Shown: positions 48,065 through 59,129 of the stretch, piece by piece
Position numbering within the stretch: the stretch's first letter is position 1
Layout of the letters: each line of letters starts with the position of its first letter
Assembly: GCA_002439585.1 (NCBI GenBank)
Contig: DJOF01000021.1
Location: 65,198 to 129,197, forward strand
Length of the DNA stretch: 64,000 bases
Reading direction: 5' to 3'
Origin: Bacteroidales bacterium UBA6445
GTDB taxonomy: Bacteria; Bacteroidota; Bacteroidia; Bacteroidales; UBA932
Made by a program: the position numbers and the translations under genes
Notes under the pieces: model-generated
The model's database searches: none
What the model was told of the DNA's origin: nothing
The model's input: only the letters and a program-made list of their open reading frames with translations

Positions 48065-49902
48065 TCACACAGATGATGAAATACTCGTTCATTCTTCTTT
48101 CTGATGACGAGAATAGGTTCATGGACCGCATCCGTGACCTCGGAGTCGTGGATATATCTCGCTCTGCAAAGCCAGTAGATTCCTCTTCGACAGCCATTAT
48201 GGACAAGACTGCGAAAGTAAGGAAGGCAGTGTCAATATTGCAACGGACTGATTTCTCCAAGGACGCTGATTCCGCTGCGATAGAGGCGAAAGCAAGCAAG
48301 AGTGCGGCTAAAGATAAGAATGCAGAGTCATTGGCAGATGAGGTGTTCTCTCTTAAGGATCGTCTTGAGCAACTTCGTTCCGAGATCACTGCAAAGAGCA
48401 AGGAGGTAGCTTTGCTCAGCCCTTGGGGCGTGTATGATAAGGCAAGGCTCGACTCCTTGGCTGGGGAGGGCGTCCATGTGCATTATTTCAGTGTCCGGAA
48501 GAAAAAATTCTCTCCCGTATGGGCTTCTCAGGTGGCACTTCAGGTAGTCAGCGATGACGGCGACATAGTACGTTTCGTGACCCTCACATATGGGGATGAG
48601 AAATGTCCCTTGCCTATCTCAGAATGCGATGCGCCGCAAAGTACTGTGACAGAAGTATCAGCATCCTTGGCAGCGCTTAAGGAAGAGGAATTGGGCTGCA
48701 AGGCAGCTCTGCTTACAATGAAGTCGGCTATCCCTGAGCTTGAGGCTGAATATGCGTCTCTGGCAGAGGCTCTTGATATGTATCTTGCCAAAGTTTCAGG
48801 GGAGAAATCTTCTGAGAATATGGTGGTCACATACGAGGGCTTTGCTCCTGTACAAGACGATGAGAGACTGTGCAAGGCTTTCGATACTATGGATGTATAT
48901 TACCTGAAGTCCAAGGCTACTGATGCGGATAATCCGCCTATCAAGTTGCACAACAACCGCTTTGTCAGGATGTTCGAGGTCTTGACGGGTATGTACGGAC
49001 TTCCTGCCTACAACGAATTTGACCCGACTCCGATACTCGGGCCTTTCTTCCTGCTCTTCTTTGCCATGTGTCTCGGAGATGCAGGATATGGGATGTTGCT
49101 TGTAGCGGCAGGGATACTTCTTCGTAAGAAAATGCCTTCGATGGCACCACTTGTGACCACGCTTGGCTGTGCGACTATAGTTGTCGGCTTCATTCTCGGC
49201 ACGTTCTTCGGTATTAGTCTTCCGGACGCTGCCTGGATTCCTTCATGGATGAAGAAATGCATGATAACCGGTACAATCATGGGATTCAGCACGCAGATGG
49301 TGCTTGCAATTGGTATCGGAGTCTTCCATATATGTCTGGCCATGATTGTGAAAGCCCTTTGCTATACAAAACGAGGCGGTCTTCGCTCTACAGTCAGCAA
49401 TTGGGCATGGATCTTCCTTATCGTAGGATGCATCTGCACAGGAGGACTTGCACTTGCAGGAGTTATAGACAACTCCATAACCAAGGTTGTGATAATTGTC
49501 ATCGGAGTCTTGTCCGCTCTCGGCATCTTTGTATTCAATACACCGGGACGCAACCCTCTTATAAATATAGGGGCAGGACTTTGGGATACTTACAATATGG
49601 CAACCGGACTTATGGGTGACGTGCTCAGCTATATAAGACTCTATGCCCTTGGGCTTGCTGGAGGTATGCTCGGCATGGCTTTCAATACAATAGCCGGTCT
49701 CGTGTTTGACGGCATCCCTGTACCGGGACTCAATTGGCTGTTTTTTGTGATTGTGCTGCTAGCGGGCCATGCATTGAACATTGGGATGTCTTGTCTTGGG
49801 GCTTTCGTGCATCCTCTCCGTCTGACGTTTGTAGAGTATTTCAAGAACTCCGGATATGAAGGTACAGGCAAGAGATACAGGCCCTTGGCTAATAATATGT
49901 AG
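48061..49902 (+). CDS. ntpI: V-type ATP synthase subunit I (a)
   Basis: YGLP.Y.E.DPT, GDAGYG, DVLSYIRLYALGLA and HPLRLTFVEYF motifs. Confidence 0.94.
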   Translation: MITQMMKYSFILLSDDENRFMDRIRDLGVVDISRSAKPVDSSSTAIMDKTAKVRKAVSILQRTDFSKDADSAAIEAKASKSAAKDKNAESLADEVFSLKDRLEQLRSEITAKSKEVALLSPWGVYDKARLDSLAGEGVHVHYFSVRKKKFSPVWASQVALQVVSDDGDIVRFVTLTYGDEKCPLPISECDAPQSTVTEVSASLAALKEEELGCKAALLTMKSAIPELEAEYASLAEALDMYLAKVSGEKSSENMVVTYEGFAPVQDDERLCKAFDTMDVYYLKSKATDADNPPIKLHNNRFVRMFEVLTGMYGLPAYNEFDPTPILGPFFLLFFAMCLGDAGYGMLLVAAGILLRKKMPSMAPLVTTLGCATIVVGFILGTFFGISLPDAAWIPSWMKKCMITGTIMGFSTQMVLAIGIGVFHICLAMIVKALCYTKRGGLRSTVSNWAWIFLIVGCICTGGLALAGVIDNSITKVVIIVIGVLSALGIFVFNTPGRNPLINIGAGLWDTYNMATGLMGDVLSYIRLYALGLAGGMLGMAFNTIAGLVFDGIPVPGLNWLFFVIVLLAGHALNIGMSCLGAFVHPLRLTFVEYFKNSGYEGTGKRYRPLANNM

Positions 49903-49940
49903 GGCAAGGCGAATTGCTTGGTGTATGGATATAACAATAA

Positions 49941-50390
<450 letters not shown>

Positions 50391-50416
50391 CAAGAGGCTA
50401 TATGTTAAGATATCTT

Positions 50417-50456
50417 TGGGGGACTCGGATTACGTTTCGAGCCTCCCATTTTATTT
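50417..50456 (+). terminator. Rho-independent terminator of the V-ATPase operon
   Basis: TGGGGGACTCG / CGAGCCTCCCA stem followed by TTTTATTT. Confidence 0.7.
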
Positions 50457-50573
50457 ATCCTTTACCCAGTACTCTCGGGCATAAAATATGCTATAAAATT
50501 AGTTTGATGTACGGGATTTGGCTTTCGGAAATTTCAGATTCTATGAGCATCCCGATTTTACGATGACGAGACA

Positions 50574-52208
50574 ATGGGCAAAACTATAATTTATCAGATG
50601 CTTCCGCGTCTGTGGGGTAATATGTGTGGGGATAGGAAGCGTTCCGGCACTCTTGAAGAGAACGGCAGTGGCAGATTTTCTGGGATAGATACACCGACAC
50701 TGTCCTATCTCAAAGGACTTGGAGTGACCCATGTATGGTATACAGGTGTTATCCGTCATGCCACTACAGAGTCCTCTGACGGCAATAAGCCTTCTTCCTC
50801 TGACTGGGTTAAGGGCAAGGCCGGATCCCCTTATTCGATAACGGACTATTATGACGTCAATCCGTATCTTGCTGATGACCCTAATGACAGGATGGCAGAG
50901 TTCAAGGCTTTGGTCGACAGGACACACGAGGCTGGGCTCAAGGTTTTAATCGATTTTGTCCCCAACCATGTTGCGCGTGACTACAAGGCTTTCACAACTG
51001 AGCATCCCTCACCGACAGGTTGTCCAGCTCTCGGTTGCAACGATGACAATACTCTACACTGGAAAGTAGAAAATGACTTCTTCTACTATCCGGGGAAACC
51101 TCTTGTGCTTCCAGTCCGTAACCAGACATATAGAGAATTTCCGGCCATGGCTTCGGGCAATGCTTATACTCCTTCTCCCGGAATCAATGATTGGTACGAT
51201 ACAGTCAAGCTCAATTATTGCGATTCACGTTCCATGACTTGGGACAAGATGGCTGATATTGTGATGTTCTGGGCAGACAAGGGAGTTGACGGTTTTAGGT
51301 GCGATATGGTCGAACTTGTCCCCCCAGCTTTCTTCAGATGGTTGATCGCCAAGGTGAAGGCTGTGCATCCACAGATAGTGTTCGTGGCTGAGGTATACCA
51401 GAAAACGTTGTATTCCAAGTATATACGAGATGTAGGCTTCGATATGCTATATGATAAGTCCGGTATGTACGATGCTCTCCGAGCCATAGTTGAGAAAAAT
51501 GTGGGGGATGCCAATACACCGGTAGAGGACTGGCAGTCTGCAAGACGGCTCACGTGGAACTGGCAGTCTCTCGGTGACCTTCAGCCGTATATGCTCAATT
51601 TCCTTGAAAATCATGACGAGCAGAGATTTGCCTCTGATTTCTTCGGCAGAGATGCACACAACTGCTTTGCAGCCTTGTATGCGTCCTTGTATTTCAATCG
51701 GGCCTCATTCATGCTCTATGCTGGAGAAGAGATAGGAGAGAGGGGGATGGATAGAGAAGGATTCAGCGGCATTGACGGGAGAACATCCATTTTTGACTGG
51801 TGGGCGCCTGACACTTTGTGCCGTCTTTACCGTCATATACACGGAGATCGAGAAGCCCTTACTGAAGACGAGAAGTCCCTTCTTGAGAGATTTCGGCATG
51901 CGATTTCATTCGCATCAGCTGACGATGCAATAAGCAATGGAACCATGTATGACCTGTGTTATTGCAATATGGGCTCGAAAGGTTTTGATGCGGACAGGCA
52001 TTTTGCATTCTTAAGAGACCATGAAGAGGAGACGCTTCTTGTTGTATGCAACTTCTCTGAACATGAAGCAGATATGGACATAGTGATCCCTCAACATGCC
52101 TTCCAATGGATGGAGATGCCGGAGAGTACGAAACTCAACCATAGCCGACCTATCCATGTTCGTGTCGGAGCTATGGATGGGATCGTTATTAAGATATGCG
52201 GACAATAG
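50574..52208 (+). CDS. GH13 alpha-amylase family glycoside hydrolase (cytoplasmic)
   Basis: DFVPNH, GVDGFRCDM, VAEVY and FLENHDE conserved regions; no signal peptide. Confidence 0.92.
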   Translation: MGKTIIYQMLPRLWGNMCGDRKRSGTLEENGSGRFSGIDTPTLSYLKGLGVTHVWYTGVIRHATTESSDGNKPSSSDWVKGKAGSPYSITDYYDVNPYLADDPNDRMAEFKALVDRTHEAGLKVLIDFVPNHVARDYKAFTTEHPSPTGCPALGCNDDNTLHWKVENDFFYYPGKPLVLPVRNQTYREFPAMASGNAYTPSPGINDWYDTVKLNYCDSRSMTWDKMADIVMFWADKGVDGFRCDMVELVPPAFFRWLIAKVKAVHPQIVFVAEVYQKTLYSKYIRDVGFDMLYDKSGMYDALRAIVEKNVGDANTPVEDWQSARRLTWNWQSLGDLQPYMLNFLENHDEQRFASDFFGRDAHNCFAALYASLYFNRASFMLYAGEEIGERGMDREGFSGIDGRTSIFDWWAPDTLCRLYRHIHGDREALTEDEKSLLERFRHAISFASADDAISNGTMYDLCYCNMGSKGFDADRHFAFLRDHEEETLLVVCNFSEHEADMDIVIPQHAFQWMEMPESTKLNHSRPIHVRVGAMDGIVIKICGQ

Positions 52209-55203
52209 CAGCAACCTTTTCATTCAAGATTCCTGCGACTGCTTTGCCTGAGTCCCTGTCTATATATAGGCAGAAATTGTCCGGAACTTTCCTTATGGAA
52301 GCAAAACCTTCATGTGCGACAGCTGGGAGTGAGGATATGGCTTCGAAGTCCAGACTACCGTCTCGTGTCACAGTATTGACCGTAAGGTAGCCTATGCCGA
52401 GAGAGGTTATATTCTGAAAAAAATGAGTGCCCTGGCTCGGCTCAACATTGAATCCTGGCATGGAGTATTCCACAATAGCTCTTGCCTCTGAGATATCGCT
52501 CCAGCATACGGGTATTCCGAGATTAGGATCCGATGACCCCCATCTTCCCGGTCCGATAAGAATGTATCCCTCGTCCGAGGCCTTGAAACTCTCATTGATA
52601 CCTGCTATCTCTGCGGCCATCTCGACACTGCGTGAAGAATCGAAATCTTCAGGGCAGATGAAGACAATATTGCGTATCCCTTTGACAAATCCGACTCCGA
52701 GCGCCTTTGATGAATAGATAAACGGAGGCTGCTCCATTCTTGAGATGACTGATTCGATGGTAGTGTGCTCATTTTGCGCGTACATGCTTATTGGCCTTAC
52801 CTGCAAGAGATTGAATGACAATTGCCCCCCACTTCCCATATCTGCTGCGAACTCAATCTCTACTTCACACTGAAGTTCATTGCGGCAGATATCCATTATC
52901 TTGACAAGCACATCTGCAAGTGGGAAGCGTCCGTATTTGAGCAGAGTGTCGAAAGTGACAATCTTCGGCCCCCAGGCAGTGACTCCTGGCACAATTCTCT
53001 CGTCAGACATATCGTAGGTAGACAATATGGCAGCAGGGTCTGGAAATTCGCTGACAAGATCTGTGATACTTTTGCGTACGAAGTTAACGCTCTCATTTCG
53101 GGAGATCTTGAATGCTCCGGGCCTGAGGTCGAGTGCAAAAAACTCTTTCTGTCCGTCTCTGAGTGCAAGTTCACTCTGAGAGAGTTGGAGTATTTTCTTG
53201 GGATATCTCGGATTGAACCTCAGGGTCTTGTCTCCTTCCACGACTCCCTTTCCGAGCCCTGCCACAATGTTGATAATCCCCTCAGAGGCTTTCTCTTTGC
53301 CGATAGGATAGAAATTGACACTTCTTGCCACTCCTGACAGCATCGGATAGAAAAAACCACTGTGCTCGCTGCCACAGATATCCTGTACTATTACAGCCAT
53401 CTTTTCCTCGCTTTGCAGGTTTCCTGTTGTCTGTATATATGTGCGGCTTCCTGCATAGAATGCAGATGCATAGACACTTTTGATAGCTTTGTCAAGCATT
53501 CTGAGCATCTGATCCTTATTCTCTGTGAGAGGGATCATGTAAGTCGAATACACTCCAGCAAATGGCTGGTAGTTGCTGTCCTCAAGGAATGAACTTGACC
53601 TTATCGCAAGAGGGGAGTCCACTGTGTCGAGATAGCATCTGAGGTATGTGACAAGAGTCTCTGGAAGACGAGAAGCTACAAATTCGGACAGTATCTCATC
53701 GTCTGAGAGCTCGGAGTCGATCACGTACTGGAGTCCATTCTCAAGTATGAAACTGTCGAAGAAGTCAGTCGTGATGACGATACTTCTTGGTATTGAGATC
53801 TCGGTTTCAGAATATTTGTCCGAGAGCGAATATTTGTCTATCAGTTTGTTGAGAAATGCAAGTCCTCTTGCCTTGCCTCCCATCGACCCGTCCCCGAGAC
53901 GGGCAAATGATACAGATCTCTCATAGTTGAGCGGTGAGAATTCAGCTATTATGCCTCTTCCCATGGCTTTGTGATATGCCTTTACTTCCCTGATCAGGAA
54001 TTCTCTGGCCTCAGATGCCTTCTCGTGGTGCTCGGACCTGAATACATTGCCAAGTTCGAAAAGTCCACGGGCAAAGAACCATTTAGAGAACATATTGCGC
54101 GAGGTATTGCTGACCAGGATATTGTCAGGAACTTTGTTGATCACCTCTTCAAGTTCGCGAAGGTTGGCAGCCCTACCGTATTCCCGACCTCTCTTGTCCG
54201 TGAATACGAAATCTCCGAACCCGAATTCCTCCTTGAGGTAGTCCGAGAGTTGCAGGAATAGAGTACGGGAAAATTTCTTCAGAAATCCTACATTGAGGCT
54301 TCCGGCTGTCTCTACAAGGCCAGACTGTGCAGACTGAAGCAGTATAGGCATGCGAGGGTCATCCTCGCGGATAAGTTTCACAAGGTTGATACCGGCGTCA
54401 AGCCTCTCAAGCTTGGGAGAATCTCCGCGGTGTACTACCATTCCGATGTCGGATATAATTCCGAGGAAATGCCCCCTGTATCTCTCGTATGTCTTCACGG
54501 CATCATCGTAGCAGGTTGCAAGCAGGATCTTAGGTCTGGAACGCTTGAGGTTTTTCTGCTGGTCCTCGTTGAGCGTCTCCTTGAGGAACTCATTGCTCTG
54601 AGTTAGCACGAGCTTGTATAGCTCAGGGAGATATGTCGAGTAGTACCTTATGGAATCTTCGGCAAGGAGGATTGCCTGTACTCCGATGTCGAGAATATCG
54701 TTTTCTGCATTCTGCTTGTCTTCAAAGAGTTTGATGATTGCAAGGATCAGGTCTGCATTGCCGTGCCAGCTGAACACGAAATCTACTGCTGAATCTGGTC
54801 TTGAGGTGATCTTCTTGCGTATCTGCTTAGAATAGTGCATCAGAAGGACGAATGGCATCATCTTGCCTTCGCGTTTAAGGTCAGCGGCAAGAGGGAAAAT
54901 ATCGCTATCGACTTCATTGTACATGCAGATGATCATGTCTATATCCGGCTCCTGAGCAAGAGTCTTCCTTGCTGCAGAGGCCGATTCTGCCCATACGAAA
55001 GTAGGCGGGTCAGACATGTTGAGTCCTATGTATTCCTTGTGGACCTGAGACTCTATCTGCCCGTCCTCCTCCATTATGAAAGCGTCATAGTTGCTGCAGA
55101 TCATCAAGATTCGCCTGATCCTGAAATGCAACAATGAGCTGTACCTTATCTTGCCTCTACGGCCTGTTGCATACGCCTGCGAGGGTAACCCCTGTGATGC
55201 CAT
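52189..55203 (-). CDS. PEP/pyruvate-binding (PPDK_N ATP-grasp) domain protein with N-terminal receiver-like domains
   Basis: GGKARGL, PLAIRSSSFLED...FAGVYST, MAVIVQ and LLQVRP motifs. N-terminal ILLAED / IISD / PILLQS receiver pattern. Confidence 0.88.
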   Translation of the reverse strand: MASQGLPSQAYATGRRGKIRYSSLLHFRIRRILMICSNYDAFIMEEDGQIESQVHKEYIGLNMSDPPTFVWAESASAARKTLAQEPDIDMIICMYNEVDSDIFPLAADLKREGKMMPFVLLMHYSKQIRKKITSRPDSAVDFVFSWHGNADLILAIIKLFEDKQNAENDILDIGVQAILLAEDSIRYYSTYLPELYKLVLTQSNEFLKETLNEDQQKNLKRSRPKILLATCYDDAVKTYERYRGHFLGIISDIGMVVHRGDSPKLERLDAGINLVKLIREDDPRMPILLQSAQSGLVETAGSLNVGFLKKFSRTLFLQLSDYLKEEFGFGDFVFTDKRGREYGRAANLRELEEVINKVPDNILVSNTSRNMFSKWFFARGLFELGNVFRSEHHEKASEAREFLIREVKAYHKAMGRGIIAEFSPLNYERSVSFARLGDGSMGGKARGLAFLNKLIDKYSLSDKYSETEISIPRSIVITTDFFDSFILENGLQYVIDSELSDDEILSEFVASRLPETLVTYLRCYLDTVDSPLAIRSSSFLEDSNYQPFAGVYSTYMIPLTENKDQMLRMLDKAIKSVYASAFYAGSRTYIQTTGNLQSEEKMAVIVQDICGSEHSGFFYPMLSGVARSVNFYPIGKEKASEGIINIVAGLGKGVVEGDKTLRFNPRYPKKILQLSQSELALRDGQKEFFALDLRPGAFKISRNESVNFVRKSITDLVSEFPDPAAILSTYDMSDERIVPGVTAWGPKIVTFDTLLKYGRFPLADVLVKIMDICRNELQCEVEIEFAADMGSGGQLSFNLLQVRPISMYAQNEHTTIESVISRMEQPPFIYSSKALGVGFVKGIRNIVFICPEDFDSSRSVEMAAEIAGINESFKASDEGYILIGPGRWGSSDPNLGIPVCWSDISEARAIVEYSMPGFNVEPSQGTHFFQNITSLGIGYLTVNTVTRDGSLDFEAISSLPAVAHEGFASIRKVPDNFCLYIDRDSGKAVAGILNEKVAAIVRIS

Positions 55204-56018
55204 TATTGCTGCCGTTGTTCGGTGCTTACTATATTTACCTCTATTCCAAGCTCTTGAAGATTCTCTAGATACATCTGCGGTATCTTGTCGTCAGTTATTA
55301 TGCGGTCAATCTCCTTTGTATCGCAGATCTTGCTGAAACCTTTCTTTCCGAATTTGCTGCTGTCGGCCACAAGTATGGTCTGCTGGGCACTCTTCATCAT
55401 CATTCGGTTGAGATTGGCTTCCATCATGTTGGTAGTTGTAACCCCAAAATCCAGATCTACCCCGTCAGCACCCATGAAGAGAATGTTGCAGTTGAAGTAT
55501 TTCAGCATATCTTCGGCAAAGGGTCCGACAACAGACACTGAACTTTCCCGGACAATTCCACCGAGTTGTACTACGTCTGTACCCTTGTTTTGAGACAAAA
55601 TGGATGATGCGGGAACGGATGCAGTGATGGCCGTAAAATCATTCTTGTAGCATAGCTCTTTTGCAACAAAGAGGATAGTCGTTCCCGATGCCAGCAGTAC
55701 AGTGTCATGTGGGTTGACAAGTCCGGCAGCAAACTTGCCTATGGCACTTTTCTCGGTTACGGCCTGTTTCTCTTTCTCAAGGACATGCCTGTCACCGATA
55801 TACGGGCTGAGCGGAATTGCCTTGCCGTGTGTGCGGTAAAGCTTGTTTTGCTTCTCAAGTGCCGAGAGATCCTTACGAATGGTAACTTCCGAGACGTCAA
55901 GTCTTTCAGCAAGGTCTGCAACGGATACGCTGCCCTGTACTTGCAATATGTTCAGAATTGTCTTGTGCCGCATGTCCATCGATTTCAATGACTCATGCTC
56001 CTGAGGAGTGTATATCAT
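55203..56018 (-). CDS. DeoR/GlpR family transcriptional regulator
   Basis: HTH LAERLDVSEVTIRKDL, plus RTHG, LASGTT and VADSSKFG motifs. Confidence 0.92.
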   Translation of the reverse strand: MIYTPQEHESLKSMDMRHKTILNILQVQGSVSVADLAERLDVSEVTIRKDLSALEKQNKLYRTHGKAIPLSPYIGDRHVLEKEKQAVTEKSAIGKFAAGLVNPHDTVLLASGTTILFVAKELCYKNDFTAITASVPASSILSQNKGTDVVQLGGIVRESSVSVVGPFAEDMLKYFNCNILFMGADGVDLDFGVTTTNMMEANLNRMMMKSAQQTILVADSSKFGKKGFSKICDTKEIDRIITDDKIPQMYLENLQELGIEVNIVSTEQRQQ

Positions 56019-56022
56019 CGTG

Positions 56023-56856
56023 TCAGTCCTTATAAACGTCAATTTTTCCGAAATAAAGCCCCCAGCACCCGTCTTGAACTATAGGAACTTCCTTGCCGTC
56101 AGGGTCTTTGAAATATTCCGCTTCTTTAAGGAAAGTGTGAGAGTGACCGCCCACAACAAGATCAAGGCCGCTCACTTTGCGTACCAGATCAGGATCGGTG
56201 AATCCTGTCCCGTCGAATCCTATGTGAGTCAGGGCAATGACCATGTCGCAGCCTTTCTCTTCACGAAGATACCGAGTCCATTTGCGTGCCGTCTCCACAT
56301 CGTCGAACTTGGGCAGCTTGCTGGCAGTCTCTCCAGCAACCACGGAACTGATATCGGTAAGCAGTCCAAATATGCCTATCTTGAGTCCTCCGCGGTGCAC
56401 TATTGTATATGGGCGTATGATATGGCCAAGTTCAAAGGCCGAGAAGTCATAGTTGGCGCATACGACAGGACATTTGAGGTTGGAGAGTCTTCTCGTCAAT
56501 TCGTCGATTCCGTTGTCGAACTCATGGTTGCCTATTGTGACAGCGTCATAGCCCATTGCATTCAGCATCTCAATCTCAAGGTCGCCGTTAAATACCGTGA
56601 AATATGACGTTCCCTGACTGAAATCACCGGCGTGGAGAAGAAGCACCTTTCTCCGTCCTTCAGCACAACGTACACTGTCGATGTATGCAGCCCTCTCGAT
56701 GACTCCGCCATGTCCTTTGTCTTGTCCCGATCTTATAGGTTCGAAATGACTGTGGGTATCGTTGACATGCAGTATGACAAGATCCTGCCCAGCAAGTCCG
56801 GCAGACAGGCACAGGAAGGTAAGGGTCACGGCTATTGTAAATATTCCTCTGCTCAT
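56023..56856 (-). CDS. 5'-nucleotidase N-terminal metallophosphoesterase subunit
   Basis: HVNDTHS, AGDF, GNHEFD, LTHIG and GGHSHT motifs; signal peptide. Confidence 0.9.
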   Translation of the reverse strand: MSRGIFTIAVTLTFLCLSAGLAGQDLVILHVNDTHSHFEPIRSGQDKGHGGVIERAAYIDSVRCAEGRRKVLLLHAGDFSQGTSYFTVFNGDLEIEMLNAMGYDAVTIGNHEFDNGIDELTRRLSNLKCPVVCANYDFSAFELGHIIRPYTIVHRGGLKIGIFGLLTDISSVVAGETASKLPKFDDVETARKWTRYLREEKGCDMVIALTHIGFDGTGFTDPDLVRKVSGLDLVVGGHSHTFLKEAEYFKDPDGKEVPIVQDGCWGLYFGKIDVYKD

Positions 56857-56862
56857 TGATTT

Positions 56863-57723
56863 CTAATCTTTTATGATTATTCGTCCGTCCGTCTTGTATT
56901 CTATGGGCTTCCCTTCTTCTGTAAGTTTCCTTACATAAGGCAGCACTACATCGTAAATATACGGGTCAAGTATGCGGAGGTCTTCGGCGTTGCGGCCTAT
57001 ATGGTATCCGTCACCACCGTCAAGCAGGAAGTCGATTGTCGCTACTCCATACATCTTGTTGTCATAGATGGGATTTCCACCGATCTCGGCGGAAAGAAGG
57101 TTACCCTCGCTGTCGCTTATGCATCTCACTCCTCCGACTACTTGCCAGCCAAGAGATGCCATCTGCTCCAGTATAGCCCTGATATCTTTTCCGCTAAGTC
57201 TGAGATAGCAGAGCTTGTTGTGGAAAGGGAACATCGACATTATGTCATCGAGCAGGACTTCACCTTTCGGCATATCAGTCCTAATACCGCCGAAATTGGC
57301 AAAGCCTACGTCAACCTTGCAGCCTGTCATCTGGGAACATTCTTCCATGAGAAGGTCAATGAACCAGTCTGAAAGGGCGCATTCAGGCGGTGTTACATTC
57401 ATCTGTGCCGATGATTCGGCTACTACCTGCTTGACGCTCGACATGTCTTTCTGCGCATCAATCATAAGGGTTGCAGCCTTGTATGTTGCTGTCCGCTTTC
57501 GGAAAGACCTGCCTGAAGGTGAGATGTAATTTCTTCCTTCAATCCGGCCTATCGCCTGAGTAACGCTGTCTGACTTGGCGAACCTGACACCTGTCCTGCT
57601 GCCGTCCATCGCTGTCCTGCTCCATTCAAAGTCATATTCCTGTAGCCGGGTCTGGGCCGATAGCATGGATGTGCAGGCGAGGAGCGCAAGAGCAGCAGTT
57701 ATTTTAATTTGATCCATTTCCAC
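56863..57723 (-). CDS. 5'-nucleotidase C-terminal domain protein (split enzyme)
   Basis: NFGGIR, MFPFHN and VATIDFL.DGGDGY motifs; signal peptide. Confidence 0.88.
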   Translation of the reverse strand: MEMDQIKITAALALLACTSMLSAQTRLQEYDFEWSRTAMDGSRTGVRFAKSDSVTQAIGRIEGRNYISPSGRSFRKRTATYKAATLMIDAQKDMSSVKQVVAESSAQMNVTPPECALSDWFIDLLMEECSQMTGCKVDVGFANFGGIRTDMPKGEVLLDDIMSMFPFHNKLCYLRLSGKDIRAILEQMASLGWQVVGGVRCISDSEGNLLSAEIGGNPIYDNKMYGVATIDFLLDGGDGYHIGRNAEDLRILDPYIYDVVLPYVRKLTEEGKPIEYKTDGRIIIKD

Positions 57724-59129
57724 AGATCCTTGAATGTCCCCTTAGTGCCGTATCTGAGGATACCTACTCTGTAGAGTTTGGCAGATATCAATGCACCGAA
57801 TATAAATGTTGCTATCAATAAGCATAGAGACAGCACCAGCTCCCATGTGGGCACACCGAATATAACTCTTGCCATCATTACTATAGGAGAGGTAAAAGGT
57901 ATCATCGAACCCCAGAAAACAATACCGCTGTCAGGTGACTTGCTGGCCATCATTGATATCAAGAATCCAATCAAGAGAGGGATTGTAAGCGGCAGTACAA
58001 GCTGCTGGCTGTCCGCCTCGTTCTCCACTGCGGAGCCGATTGCGGCAAACAGTGACGCATATAGCAGGTATCCGAATATGAAGAACAGGACAAATACGAC
58101 AAGAACCTTGGCGAAGTTGATGTTGGAAAGTGTCGCTATAAGGGTGACGATATCCTCAGGGAGTGCCTCAGTCTGTGAGGCTACAGCAGAAGAGTCTGAC
58201 GGTGCCGTCAAGGATACGGATGGCATTGAGAGCCCACTTGCCTGAATCTGTTCTTCAGATAGGCCAATGCTTGACGCTACTTGGGACATTTGAGCCGAGT
58301 CAGTAGCGCTCTTGCTGATCTCACTGATGCTTAATCCAGTTATAGCACCGATCCCAGTTACAAGTACGACTGTCAGAGCTATCCACATGAAGAATTGGGT
58401 CATGGCAACAAGTGATACGCCTATAATCTTGCCGAACAGCAGCTCTGTAGCCTTCACTGAGGATACAAGTACCTCCACGATACGGCTTGACTTCTCTTCG
58501 ATTACGCTTGACATCACGACTCCGGAGAACATAGAGATGAAAGCGTAGATTATCATGCCGAGAATGATGGAAAGTAACATGTATATCCCAGATTCATTCA
58601 GACGGTCATTGCCGCTCTCGTCCACAAGATATGATACGACCTTGACATTAGGCCTTACATCTTTGATTATCTTGTCTAGCCCGTCTATATGGTATGCCGA
58701 GATCCTGTATTCTTCAAGTGCATCATCTATCTTCTCCTTAATGTAGTCCGAAACTTCGACTCCTGCCGGCTTTACGGAATAGAGACTTGCTGACAGATTC
58801 TTTGTTACAGTATCAATAGGAGAAATGCACAGCAGTAAGTCCATGTTGAGACTGTCGAGATTTTTCTTAATAATCTCCGGGTTCTGTCCTGCAAAGGACT
58901 CGAACGAGGCTGTCTCGCTGCCCTTCAGATAGGGGAGGACTATGCCAGATTCGTCCACGACTGCAACCTTGCTTGTCTTTTCCTTGCTCATTATCATGAT
59001 GAAGGTCGGCAAGGTCGAAAGCAGTGCGAATAGTATCGGGACAAGAAATGTAGTGATCAAGAATGATTTCTTGCGGACACGTGTTGAATATTCGCGTCCT
59101 ATGATGATTTTGAGTGTTCTAAAGTTCAT
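57699..59129 (-). CDS. ABC-2 type transporter permease (NatB/YhaP-like)
   Basis: REYSTRVRKKSF, VIEEKSSRIVEVL and PFTSPIVMMAR motifs. Confidence 0.9.
   Translation of the reverse strand: MNFRTLKIIIGREYSTRVRKKSFLITTFLVPILFALLSTLPTFIMIMSKEKTSKVAVVDESGIVLPYLKGSETASFESFAGQNPEIIKKNLDSLNMDLLLCISPIDTVTKNLSASLYSVKPAGVEVSDYIKEKIDDALEEYRISAYHIDGLDKIIKDVRPNVKVVSYLVDESGNDRLNESGIYMLLSIILGMIIYAFISMFSGVVMSSVIEEKSSRIVEVLVSSVKATELLFGKIIGVSLVAMTQFFMWIALTVVLVTGIGAITGLSISEISKSATDSAQMSQVASSIGLSEEQIQASGLSMPSVSLTAPSDSSAVASQTEALPEDIVTLIATLSNINFAKVLVVFVLFFIFGYLLYASLFAAIGSAVENEADSQQLVLPLTIPLLIGFLISMMASKSPDSGIVFWGSMIPFTSPIVMMARVIFGVPTWELVLSLCLLIATFIFGALISAKLYRVGILRYGTKGTFKDLWKWIKLK

Noticed and set aside
56023..57723. 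5'-nucleotidase split into two genes, considered as a possible frameshift pseudogene
   Set aside because: Each ORF has its own signal peptide, and the split arrangement is common in Bacteroidetes.
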